From: Octopus bimaculoides
Lineage: Eukaryota
Length of the DNA: 63,045 bases
Direction: 5' to 3'
Assembly: GCF_001194135.2 (NCBI RefSeq)
Contig: NC_068984.1
Coordinates: 17,362,854-17,425,898 of the forward strand
This document shows, piece by piece, positions 50,373 through 62,304 of the stretch. Position 1 is the first letter of the stretch, and the number at the start of each line of letters is the position of its first letter. The notes below the pieces were generated by a model, which saw nothing but the letters and a program-made list of their open reading frames with translations, did not search any database and had not been told where the DNA came from. The translations under genes and the position numbers were made by a program.

Positions 50373-50514
50373 TGATCTAAAATTAATTTCACTAGTCTAG
50401 GAGATCCTGTAAAGGCCACAGGTATTGCATTATCCTCCAGACCCTAAAATAGCTTAGCTGTTACTTGCAAATGTATAGATCTTTGTAGCATGTTTCACTA
50501 ATTGTTTAGACCCA

Positions 50515-50640
50515 GGAAGACATGGGTTAAAGTGGTGAGAAAGGATCTACTGACGTTGGGACTTACTGAAAGGATGACAGAGGACTGAGACTCCTGGCAG
50601 TTTGCTGTGCTTGAAAAGACATGTCAAGCTAGGTAAAAGT
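50515..50640 (+). pseudogene. RTE ORF C-terminal fragment
   Basis: KTWVKVVRKDLLTLGLTERMTED*DSWQFAVLEKTCQAR*, homologous to 57222-57340 (-). Confidence 0.75.
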
Positions 50641-51838
50641 GTGGTTGTCCTTGCATACACTATGTAAAGTGGTTGGAGTTAGGAAGGGTATCCAGCCATA
50701 GAAACCATGCCAAAACAGACAGGAAGCCTGAACAGCCTTTCAGCTGGTAAGCTCCTGTGAAACTGTCCAACCCATGCCAGCATGGAAAACAGACGTTAAA
50801 TGATGATGATGATGATGATGATCTGCTTAGGCATGAGCAGACATAGATATTTTCTTGAACATTCACTTCCTCCCTCCTCACCATTGCCCCCATGAAACGT
50901 CAAGGAGGTGATTGCTGGAAGGAGAGAGGGCCACTCTAGCAATCAGCTGGTACCAAATTTTTAGTCAAGCAGACTGGAGAAACATGAAAAGAAGTACCTT
51001 GCTCAAGGATACAAGGTGCTGTCAAGTCCAGGATGTGAGCAAATGCATGTATGATCGTGAGGCCATCACTCTAACCAGCAGACCATCAGCCTTTACAGAT
51101 CCAATACATTAATAGAAAACAGGTTGTTGTTATTTGATTTTTAATCCTGGGTTAATCCTAACTTAGAAGATCTATGAAGAAAAACATTCCAGTTGGCACC
51201 ACTTTGTCTTTTAGATGTAATGAGGACCACATTATCCGATTTCTTTTGTTAGATAATGGGGTGTACTTTAGCATCACAAGCCAAGGAGGGAACTCTGCAC
51301 AGTTAATTGACTGCTGGAAATAAAAGCTAATTTACCTCAAATCATCCTTCACTCTTCTTAAAAAATAATAATAATGGTTTCAAATTTTGGCACAACATCA
51401 GCAATTTTGGGGGTGGGTGGGTCAATTACATCGACCCCCAGTGCTCAACTGGTATTTATTTTATCAATCCTTAAAAGATGAAAGGCAAAGTCAACCTCGG
51501 TGGAATTGGAACTCTTGCCCAGCGTGCTAACATTTCTGTCAGCTTGCCACTTTAATAATAATAATAAAATAATGATAAAAAAAAATCTTTGGAAAACCTA
51601 GTTGTTGATATACAAGAAAGATAGCATGGTCATTGCTGGAAACATCTTTGAGCATAGTATGTTTAGCTAGGGCTGACCTCAGGCTAAACAACCACCACCA
51701 CCACCACCACCAGCATCACCACCAACACCCAATCCCATGTCTATGACAGGTTACAACAATACACCACATGTATAGAGTCAGGCTGTACATTATATGTTAT
51801 GGTAAAACTGAATGTCATTTCAAATTTATCTTTTTTTA

Positions 51839-52222
51839 TATATTGTTATATTTTGGAATGGTAATTTTTTTTCTTACCAAATAAACACATGTGCTATATA
51901 TCCATTCTTCATTCGTTTATTATTGTTCTTATTTTATCTTATGTCCTGAACAGGAGGAGACACTTGGGATGGAAGAGGCATTGAAGAGGTCACAGGTGTG
52001 TGATGAATTATTATTGTTGTTATTTTATCTTATGTCCTGAACAGGAGGAGACACTTGGGATGGATGGGCGTTGAAGAGGTCACAGGTGTGTGATGAAAGA
52101 TTTCCAGACAATGGACATAAGATAAAATAAAAACAATAATAAATGAGTGCAGAATGAATATATAGTGCTTGTGCTTATTTAGGAAGGAAAAAAAATTACT
52201 CTACCGAAATCTAACAATATCT
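51839..52222. mobile_element. MITE/foldback with ~108 bp TIRs and an internal ~90 bp tandem duplication
   Basis: 51839-51946 is the reverse complement of 52113-52222; 51917-52006 is duplicated at 52007-52097. Confidence 0.75.
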
Positions 52223-52569
52223 GTTTCAACACGATAACAGATCAGGAATCTAGCAAAACAAATTCATAAATAACCAATTTTTCTGCTGCTTTAATGACAA
52301 TACGGCATTCGAAAATATCACTTTCTTGTCTGTATCATATGTGTAAAAACACAAAAACAAATGTAAGTTTGTTTATACACACATATGGTTGTTAAATTCA
52401 TAAGTGTTTTTTTTATATAAAAAAAACTATATGTAATAGAGACAAAAGCCATATTAATGCTAAAAGACATATATCCTCACTTAAAAGTGGATATTGTGTT
52501 AGAACACAGAAAACTGTGTTATTTATCAGGAGAGAACCTTTCATACAGACTTTTGGTGCTCTCTTTCTC

Positions 52570-52953
52570 TTTCTTTACTTGTTTCAGTCATTTGACTTTG
52601 GCCATGCTGGAGCACCGCCTTTAGTTGAGCAAAACGACCCCAGGACTTATTCTTTGTAAGCCTACCACCTATTCTATTGGTCTCTTTTGCCGAACCGCTA
52701 AGTTACGGGGACGTAAACACACCAGCATCGGTTGTCAAGCGATGTTGGGGGGACAAACACAGACACACAAACATATACACACACATACATATGTATACAT
52801 ATATACGACGGGCTTCTTTCAGTTTCCGTCTACCAAATCCACTCACAAGGCTTTGGTCGGCCCGAGGCTATAGTAGAAGACACTTACCCAAGGTGTCACG
52901 CAGTGGGACTGAACCCGGAACCATGTGGTTGGTAAGCAAGGTACTTACCACAC
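52570..52953 (-). mobile_element. SINE family A, near full length, young
   Basis: Reverse complement of 30428-30840. Confidence 0.85.
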
Positions 52954-53537
52954 ANNNNNNNNNNNNNNNNNNNNNNNNNNNNNNNNNNNNNNNNNNNNNN
53001 NNNNNNNNNNNNNNNNNNNNNNNNNNNNNNNNNNNNNNNNNNNNNNNNNNNNNNNNNNNNNNNNNNNNNNNNNNNNNNNNNNNNNNNNNNNNNNNNNNNN
53101 NNNNNNNNNNNNNNNNNNNNNNNNNNNNNNNNNNNNNNNNNNNNNNNNNNNNNNNNNNNNNNNNNNNNNNNNNNNNNNNNNNNNNNNNNNNNNNNNNNNN
53201 NNNNNNNNNNNNNNNNNNNNNNNNNNNNNNNNNNNNNNNNNNNNNNNNNNNNNNNNNNNNNNNNNNNNNNNNNNNNNNNNNNNNNNNNNNNNNNNNNNNN
53301 NNNNNNNNNNNNNNNNNNNNNNNNNNNNNNNNNNNNNNNNNNNNNNNNNNNNNNNNNNNNNNNNNNNNNNNNNNNNNNNNNNNNNNNNNNNNNNNNNNNN
53401 NNNNNNNNNNNNNNNNNNNNNNNNNNNNNNNNNNNNNNNNNNNNNNNNNNNNNNNNNNNNNNNNNNNNNNNNNNNNNNNNNNNNNNNNNNNNNNNNNNNN
53501 NNNNNNNNNNNNNNNNNNNNNNNNNNNNNNNNNNNNN

Positions 53538-54025
53538 TAAGGTACTCAGAGATCTGGATGGTTGTACATTTACAGATTTTTATTAATATGTCACATGTTT
53601 TTATAAATCATATATTAGTGCTTGCATCTACTCTAATAGATTCTTTTATAAATCATATATTAGTGCTTGCATCTACTCTAATAGATTCTTTTATAAATCA
53701 TATATTAGTGCTTGTATCTACTCTAATAGATTCTTACAGGCCACCAGCAAGGGTGCCAATCATGCAGTACTGAAGAATCTATCAGAGTAGATGCAAGCAC
53801 TAATATATGATTTATAAAAGAATCTATTAGAGTAGATGCAAGCACTAATATATGATTTATAAAAGAATCTATTAGAGTAGATGCAAGTGCNNNNNNNNNN
53901 AATATATGATTTATAAAAGAATCTATTAGAGTAGATGCAAGTGCTAATATATGATTTATAAAAACAATGTGACATATTAATAAAAATCTGTAAATGTACA
54001 ACCATCCAAATCTCTTAGTACCTTA
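53538..54025. mobile_element. Foldback-type element with modular TIRs (45 bp subrepeats)
   Basis: Outer ~60 bp TIR TAAGGTACT... / ...AGTACCTTA; 3 left and about 4 right inverted 45-mers; ~40 bp central spacer. Confidence 0.85.
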
Positions 54026-54159
54026 TTATTTTTTCTAATATATAATACCTGTACATTACCTCCAAACCTTCTAATACCTGTACATCACCTCTAAACCTTC
54101 TATATATATATATATACATATATATACATATATATGATATCTATCTATATCTCACTCTC

Positions 54160-54184
<25 letters not shown>

Positions 54185-54193
<9 letters not shown>

Positions 54194-54400
54194 CTGTCTA
54201 CTTGACTTGACATTATGTGGGGTTGTAAACAAGCGTCACCTTTATGTAAGTGGTGTCCTTCATGCCAATCTGCTGTGAGGGTATGTTTGGTCATGGGGAA
54301 ATAATATCTTACTTGGAAACAGAAAGGGAATCTGGCTGTAGAAACTCCGCTTATTCTGTCTGACCTATGCAAGCATGGAAACAGTGGCTGTTGAAATGAG
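54185..54400 (+). mobile_element. SINE module D with RTE-type tail leading into (GAT)n
   Basis: Matches 13655-13900. Confidence 0.7.
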
Positions 54401-54419
54401 GATGATGATGGTGATGATA

Positions 54420-54476
<57 letters not shown>

Positions 54477-55709
54477 TGTGTGTGTGTGTGCATTAATGTG
54501 TGTGTATTTGTGTTTGTGTTTGTCTCACTGCCACTTGACAACTGGTGTTGGTTTGTTTATATCCTCATAACTAAGCTGCCTGGCAAACAGGACTGACAGA
54601 ACAAGTACCAGGCCCAGACATAAGGAAATGCAAGTACCGAGATTGATTCGTCTGACTAAACACTTCAAGGCATGGCTACAGTTCAACGAGTGAAACTAGT
54701 AAAAAAATAAAATTCAGAAATAGTTTAAAGTCATATAACCATTTACCCACCCACAAATGGTATTTGTAGAGCATGAATCTAATTTACAGTGTATCTTTGA
54801 CAAAAGCACTCACTTCTACAGAGGAAACTAAGCATTAAGTTTTCAATTTAAGGTGGGAAATCTACATGAATTAGAAGTTTGTCTTCCCCTCAGAGATGAA
54901 ATTTATTAAAAAAAAAAAGAACAAAACATTTTAGAATCTATACTGTAAAAATATTATATATTCTATTTTTCCAATATTATTGATGTATTGATTAAAATTT
55001 TATTTCAAGTAGCATTGATTAAAACATTGTATTTCCAGTTCTATTGATAAATTGATTAAGATCATTAAAACCAATGTTTTCTTTCTTTTTCGATATTCTG
55101 ATGTATGGCATACATTTTTCAAATAAGGATTTTACTTAAAATATAGAAATCTCTTAATCTTGTGGGGAAAAAAAAAAGAAAGAAAAGCAACACATATACA
55201 TGTACACATACACATATATGAGACCAATAATGATGATAATAATAGAACAAAAAAAAGAAGAAAAATTTCTTTACACATTGATTTTTCTTTGTTGAAATTA
55301 TCGACATATTTCAGAACATTTGGCCAAGATTTTTTTTTATACATGACTGAGAAACTTTCAAAATTGCTTTAACATTTTTTCACTGCTGTTTTATTCATGT
55401 TTACGCAACATAAAAGACTATAAAAAGAAATAAGAAAGTAATTAGAGTCAATCTCAGCATATCCCCACAGACCCTCGAAAGTGACCTTTTGTATTCTGTT
55501 TTTTCTTCTTAGATTAGAACTCAAAGTCTGCTAGGCTCATAAAGTCAAGTGCTTTGCTCCATTAGTCTTAACTACTAGTTAGAATTGTTAAGCAATTGAA
55601 GAATGGATTTTCTCCAAGATGACTTTAGCAGTTTCTTGTAGGTAATTTTCCTCTACGTTCTGTTGTTTGATGGTATTTCATGATATTTCATGGTGTTTGA
55701 TGTCTTCAG

Positions 55710-55844
55710 CTATGTATAATGACTTCAGACCCTTTCATTCTTTTACTGGTCTCATTCATTGGAAATCACAGCCATTCTGGGGGGGACCACCTTCAAGGGG
55801 TTTTGTGATAAATCATAACGATTGCAGAACTTATTCTAAGTTTG
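55710..55844 (+). CDS. Best candidate internal exon of the host gene (MYNDFRPFHSFTGLIHWKSQPFWGGPPSRGFVINHNDCRTYSKF)
   Basis: ~68-nt AG-free zone ending gatgtcttcag|, donor TTTG|gtatgt, 135 bp symmetric phase 1 with 44 open codons, non-repetitive and less AT-rich than its flanks. Confidence 0.6.
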
Positions 55845-56073
55845 GTATGTATTTTATTGATCTCTAAGTTAACACTTTTAGTCAATCAGATCTATGTTAA
55901 TCTGCTTTTTTAAAGATTTTTTTATTATATAATTAATAATTTTTAATTTTTAGAAAAATTTTTTTCTGCTCCTAGCATCTAATGAGATAAAAGTTTCCTA
56001 TGTACTCAAGAAACTTCATGTCATGGGGAGCTGACATACTGTATATGTCTATGTATATATATATATATATATA

Positions 56074-56341
56074 GCCAGTGCCACTGGACTGGCTCATGTG
56101 CGGGTGGCACATAAAAGACACCATTTTGAGCGTGGCCGTTGCCAGTACCGCCTGACTGGCCCTCGTGCAGGTGACACGTAAAAGCACCCACTACACTCTC
56201 GGAGTGGTTGGCGTTAGGAAGGGCATCCAGCTGTAGAAACTCTGCCAAATTAGATTGGAGCCTGGTGTTGCCATCCGGTTTCACCAGTCCTCAGTCAAAT
56301 CGTCCAACCCATGCCAGCATGGAAAGCGGACGTTAAACGAT

Positions 56342-56345
<4 letters not shown>
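56074..56345 (+). mobile_element. RTE LINE 3'UTR copy, young
   Basis: Nearly identical to 59143-59378. Confidence 0.9.
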
Positions 56346-56375
<30 letters not shown>

Positions 56376-56550
56376 TGTATATGAGATAGAGGTTAGACAA
56401 CCATCTAAGGGATAATAAATATCCAATATACTCACTCATCATATATTCACTCATTTGCTTTTTATTTGTTTATTTATCTATTCATATGACTAAAATAGCT
56501 GATGTTTGTCAATTAATTATCTTCTCCATTTTCTTCCTTGCCTTATATAT

Positions 56551-57378
56551 ATCATCATCATTGTTTAATGTCCGCTTTCCATGCTAGCATGGGTTGAACA
56601 ATTTGACTGAGGACTGGTGAACCAGATGGCTACACCAGGCTCCAATCTGATTTGGCAGAGTTTCTACAGCTGGATGCACTTCCTAACACCAACCACTCCA
56701 AGAGTGTAGTGGGTGTTTTTACGTGCCACCAGCTCAAAGGCCAGTCAGGTGGTACTGGTACGGCCACGCTCAAAATGGGATATTTAATGTGCCACCTGCA
56801 CAAGAGCCAGTCCAGCGGCACTGGCAACGACGTCACTCGAATGTCTTTTCATGTGCCACCGGCACAAGTGCCAGGAAGGCGATGCTGGTAACAATCACGC
56901 TCAAATGGTGCTATTTATGTGCCACTGGCACGGGAGCCAGACAGCTGCTCTGGCAATGATCACACTTGGATGGTGCTCTTAGCGCTCCACTGGTACAGGT
57001 GCCATCACAATTTCGCCTTCACTTGCCCCAACAGGTCTTCACAAGCCGAGTTTAGTGTCCAATGAAGGAGATGTTGGCATTGGTGCCAGTCGTTGAATTT
57101 AGTTCGATTTCGATTTCACTTGCCTCAACAGGTCTTCGCAAACAGAGTTTAGTGTCCAATGAAGGAAAGGTCCACATAAGTGGGCTGGCTACACCCCTGG
57201 CAGAGGCCTAGGCTTATGGTCTCACTTGGCTTGCTGGGTCTTCTCATGCACAGCATATTTCCAAAGGTCTCAGTCAGAAGTCATTGCCTCGGTGAGTCCT
57301 AATGTTGGACAGTCGTGCTTCACGACCTCATCCTGGGTCTACCTCTTCCACAGGTTCCCTCAACCGCTAGGGAGTGGT
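56551..57378 (-). mobile_element. 5'-truncated RTE LINE: ORF C-terminus, complete ~670 bp 3'UTR and (GAT)n
   Basis: HSLAVEGTCGRGRPR..DEVVKHDCPTLGLTEAMTSD*DLWKYAVHEKTQQAK* (stop 57224-57222), contiguous with the repeat 3'UTR. Confidence 0.9.
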
Positions 57379-57767
57379 ACATATATATATATATATACAC
57401 ATATATATATATATATATTGGTGGGAAATGTGTGTGTCTTTAAGGCTGGTATTTTTGTGGCAATGAAATGTCTGTAGTGGTACTATATGTATAATCTTTG
57501 CAGGGGGGGGGGAACATCTGTGTTTGTTTGTCTGTTTCCTTTCTTTTATGCGTTGGTTATATTCATGGGGGCCTTTATGTGGGCATGCAGTGTGTGTAGA
57601 GATACAATATGTGGGAGATTATATTGGGGCCGGTCGAAAGAAGTCAATGGGTAGGTGCCCACCATGCTGGTGTGTGTTTGTTTGTTGGTGCGTTAGTGTG
57701 TGTCCTGGTCAACCTCTTTGGTGTATATATGTATACATGTATATACACACACACACACACAGATATA

Positions 57768-58140
57768 CTCTTTTACTTGTTTCAGTCATTTGACTGTGGC
57801 CATGCTGGAGCACTGCCTTTAGTCGAGCAAATCGACCCCAGGACTTATTCTTTGTAAGCATAGAACTTATTCTATCAGTCCCTTTTGCTGAACCACTAAG
57901 TTACAGGGTGTCAAGCGATGTTGGGGGAGACAAACACAGACATACAAACATATATACACACACATATATATATATACATATATATGATGGGCTTCTTTCA
58001 GTTTCCGTCTACCAAATCCACTCACAAGGCTTTGATCAACCCGAGGCTATAGTAGAAGATACTTGCCCAAGGTGCCACGCAGTGTGACTGAACCTGGAAC
58101 CATGTGGTTCATAAGCATGCTACTTACCACACAGCCACTC
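57768..58140 (-). mobile_element. SINE family A
   Basis: Reverse complement of the family A copies. Confidence 0.85.
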
Positions 58141-58185
58141 GTACACCTATATATATATCATCATCATCATATATATATATATATA

Positions 58186-59378
58186 GGTAGATGGCCCTGC
58201 TCAGTATGTAGAAAAGGAGTAGGTAGTAACTCTATAAGATGTACCCGGTGCAAGCTATGGACACATAAGAGGTGCAGCAACATCAAAGGCAGGTTAACTA
58301 GCAAGTTAGTTTTTGTTTGTGGCAGATGTTCAGGTGCAATAAAGACTGCAAACAAACAGGAAACAACTTCTATCTCATTCCAGGGTGAAAAACTAGAGGT
58401 AGTCGATAGCTTCCGCTATCTGGGCGACCAAGTTAGTAGTGGGGGTGGGTGCGCTGAAAGTGTAGCTGCTAGAATAAGAATAGCCTGGGCAAAGTTTAGA
58501 GAGCTCTTACCCCTGCTGGCGACAAAGGGACTCTCACTCAGAGTAAAAGGCAGACTGTATGACGCATNNNNNNNNNNNNNNNNNNNNNNNNNNNNNNNNN
58601 NNNNNNNNNNNNNNNNNNNNNNNNNNNNNNNNNNNNNNNNNNNNNNNNNNNNNNNNNNNNNNNNNNNNNNNNNNNNNNNNNNNNNNNNNNNNNNNNNNNN
58701 NNNNNNNNNNNNNNNNNNNNNNNNNNNNNNNNNNNNNNNNNNNNNNNNNNNNNNNNNNNNNNNNNNNNNNNNNNNNNNNNNNNNNNNNNNNNNNNNNNNN
58801 NNNNNNNNNNNNNNNNNNNNNNNNNNNNNNNNNNNNNNNNNNNNNNNNNNNNNNNNNNNNNNNNNNNNNNNNNNNNNNNNNNNNNNNNNNNNNNNNNNNN
58901 NNNNNNNNNNNNNNNNNNNNNNNNNNNNNNNNNNNNNNNNNNNNNNNNNNNNNNNNNNNNNNNNNNNNNNNNNNNNNNNNNNNNNNNNNNNNNNNNNNNN
59001 NNNNNNNNNNNNNNNNNNNNNNNNNNNNNNNNNNNNNNNNNNNNNNNNNNNNNNNNNNNNNNNNNNNNNNNNNNNNNNNNNNNNNNNNNNNNNNNNNNNN
59101 NNNNNNNNNNNNNNNNNNNNNNNNNNNNNNNNNNNNNNNNNNGGGTGGCACATAAAAGACACCATTTCGAGCGTGGCCGTTTTCGTGCGGGTGACACGTA
59201 AAAGCACCCACTACACTCTCTGAGTGGTTGGCGTTAGGAAGGGCATCCAGCTGTAGAAACTCTGCCAAATCAGACTGGAGCCTGGTGTTGCCATCCGGTT
59301 TCACCAGTCCTCAGTCAAATCGTCCAACCCATGCTAGCATGGAAAGCGGACGTTAAACGATGATGATGATGATGATGA
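58186..59378 (+). mobile_element. 5'-truncated RTE LINE (open ~127-codon fragment, N gap, 3'UTR, (GAT)n)
   Basis: GRWPCSVCRKGVGSNSIRCTRCKLWTHKRCS...LEVVDSFRYLGDQ...RIRIAWAKFRELLPLLATKGLSLRVKGRLYDA, then the 3'UTR after the gap. Confidence 0.9.
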
Positions 59379-59901
59379 TATATATATGTAGTTACACATA
59401 TATATATATTTATATATATATATATATACGTATGCAAAAATAATTTCAAAGGGATATGTAATCCTGGTGGTTACCGTATTTCCTCTGAAGTCAGTTTTGT
59501 ATGCCAGCTAACTACAAAAGAATGCTGTAAATAACTGTTTAATAAAAGTATAGATGTGGAAAATTTCCATTCTCCTGATTATTATTATTAATACTATATA
59601 TACACATATATATATATCATTATTTATATGTGTACACATATACATGCATACGTACATACATACATACATATGTGCATACATATATTTAAACACATACACG
59701 CACACATGCATAAACACACAAACATACAGGCTTCAGCCGAGTTTCTGTGTCTATTAGACTTCAGTCACAAAGCATTGGTTCAGCCAATGCTTTAGAAGAC
59801 GTTAATCCAAAGTGCTACACAGCAGGACTGAACCTGAAATCACATGGTAGCAAACGGATCAAAACCTTCATTGATGAATTATATAGAATCAAACAAAGTT
59901 C

Positions 59902-59904
<3 letters not shown>

Positions 59905-59949
<45 letters not shown>

Positions 59950-60483
59950 AGAGAGAGAGAGGGAGAGGGAGNNNNNNNNNNNNNNNNNNNNNNNNNNNNN
60001 NNNNNNNNNNNNNNNNNNNNNNNNNNNNNNNNNNNNNNNNNNNNNNNNNNNNNNNNNNNNNNNNNNNNNNNNNNNNNNNNNNNNNNNNNNNNNNNNNNNN
60101 NNNNNNNNNNNNNNNNNNNNNNNNNNNNNNNNNNNNNNNNNNNNNNNNNNNNNNNNNNNNNNNNNNNNNNNNNNNNNNNNNNNNNNNNNNNNNNNNNNNN
60201 NNNNNNNNNNNNNNNNNNNNNNNNNNNNNNNNNNNNNNNNNNNNNNNNNNNNNNNNNNNNNNNNNNNNNNNNNNNNNNNNNNNNNNNNNNNNNNNNNNNN
60301 NNNNNNNNNNNNNNNNNNNNNNNNNNNNNNNNNNNNNNNNNNNNNNNNNNNNNNNNNNNNNNNNNNNNNNNNNNNNNNNNNNNNNNNNNNNNNNNNNNNN
60401 NNNNNNNNNNNNNNNNNNNNNNNNNNNNGAGAGAGAGAGGGAGAGAGAGAGAGAGGGAGAGAGAGAGGGAGAGAGAGAGAGGG

Positions 60484-60524
<41 letters not shown>

Positions 60525-60797
60525 AGAAGGGTTTCTTCACTCAGAGCTGATCTGCGACCTAAGCATCACCATCATCATCATCATGATAGTCAGGATCATT
60601 ATGATTGTCATCATGATGTAATGCACCTGAGCACTGTATGCAATAAGATCATCATCATCATCATCGTCGTCGTCGTCGTCATCAACATCATCGTTGTCGT
60701 TGACGTCATTGTTGTCATGGTCGTCATCGTCATCGTCATCGTTGTCGTCATCGTCATCGTTGTCGTCATCGTCATTGCCGTTGTCATCGCCACTGTC

Positions 60798-60847
<50 letters not shown>

Positions 60848-60900
60848 CCTCATCCTCCTCCTCATCATCATCTTCATCCTCATCATCAACAACAACAACT
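59905..60900. repeat. (AG)n tract with a gap, followed by a compound (CAT/CGT)n microsatellite
   Basis: Direct reading. Confidence 0.95.
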
Positions 60901-62304
60901 TCTATACATTGAAAATAAAACATGACGAAGAGACTTTCTTTGGCTGTCTGCTACAAACTTGGATTCTAGTGCTTACCACATTTATCGTTAGGCTTTTTGA
61001 GTTTTGGTCTCTCTCTTCTTATGTTTCAAATATTCTTAGCTGACCTTCAACAGACACAGAAAAATATTGCTATAAATTTCTGTCATATGTGTATTCTGTT
61101 ATAATTGAATTCATAGATCGCTAGAAAAGATTTCCATTGGTGACAAATTTTCAAAGAAAGTTTATGTACGTAGAGAAAATTTTTGGGGCAAACATTTCCA
61201 TTAATGACAAACTTAAAAAAAACTTTATAGCTGGAAATACTTTGTTATGAAAACAAAAATTCTAAGAAAATTTCTTATCTGTATTTATTTTGAAAGTCTA
61301 AAACAAATTTGTCTAAAACACTGTCTTCTTGAGGCAACTTCTCAGAGATAGATTATCAGGAGAAAAATTTAATATCTTGTTCTAAGAAATATTTTGAATT
61401 AGTGAGAGAACACAGGAGAAAGTTTTCTATATCATTAAAAATGCATCTCACTTTCTCTACGTAATTCTGTTTTAATATTCTAGGCTCAGTTTCGTTTGAT
61501 TAACTTATTTCCTTTGATTAATTTCCAAAGTTGATTTGTATTCTTTCATTTTCCTTCCTGTCTTATTTCTTCCACCGATTCCTTCTTTTGTAGTTACTTG
61601 TCTATTATCTTATATTTAATTCTCGACTTTGTTGTTTGTTTGTTTCCCTTCAGTCGATTTTGGTTATTCTATTTTGCATTATTATTTTTATTACTTTTCA
61701 GCATATTATATATTAATACCAAAGAGTATTTTGAGGCCTTCATTTTCACATCAAAGGTTTGCTTATTTTTATTTTGAGATGCAAAAGATTTTAGCTCAAT
61801 TCCTGCTTCAGTTAACCCTGTCATGTTGATTTATTCATGCATGAAATTTCTAAAATTTCCATCTTTCTTTCTGTTTTCCGTTCTTTTTTTTTGTTTTGTA
61901 AATATAACCACTGAAGAATTATCAAGAATTAAAAGCCAAAATAAGATAGGAAGTTATTTTAAACCTAATTTTTTATGTTAATACAAGGCTTAGAGTCAAA
62001 GTATAATAAATAAATTTTTAAATTCTTTTTCAAATGGATGCTCATTTAACGAATGATTTCTTTCTAAAGCACATTGTCATTTTTTTCAGGGAGTTTAATC
62101 AATTTGATTAACTTTTGTATTGTACAAACACTTGTTGTTGATATAGTTGTTGATGTTGTTGTTATCACTGTTGCTGTGTTTTGGCCCAAGTTGGTCCTTA
62201 TGTACCAAGCTTATGATCAAAAATGTTTCACTTATATCCCCATATTTTTTAATTAAGGTGTAGTGTATTTAATACTATTTATCCAATATATAAAAAAATA
62301 AATG

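Noticed and set aside
55600-55709. 69-nt mini-intron upstream of the 55710 exon
   Set aside because: The upstream segment's only open frame ends in phase 2, which would put the 55710 exon into a frame with an immediate stop.
57420-57730. Possible Penelope RT relic on the minus strand
   Set aside because: Only a vague STTTD-like match with multiple stops; not supportable without alignment.
61117-61165. Possible exon SLEKISIGDKFSKKVY
   Set aside because: Embedded in a stop-riddled AT-rich stretch (61080-61500) that looks like a decayed interspersed repeat.
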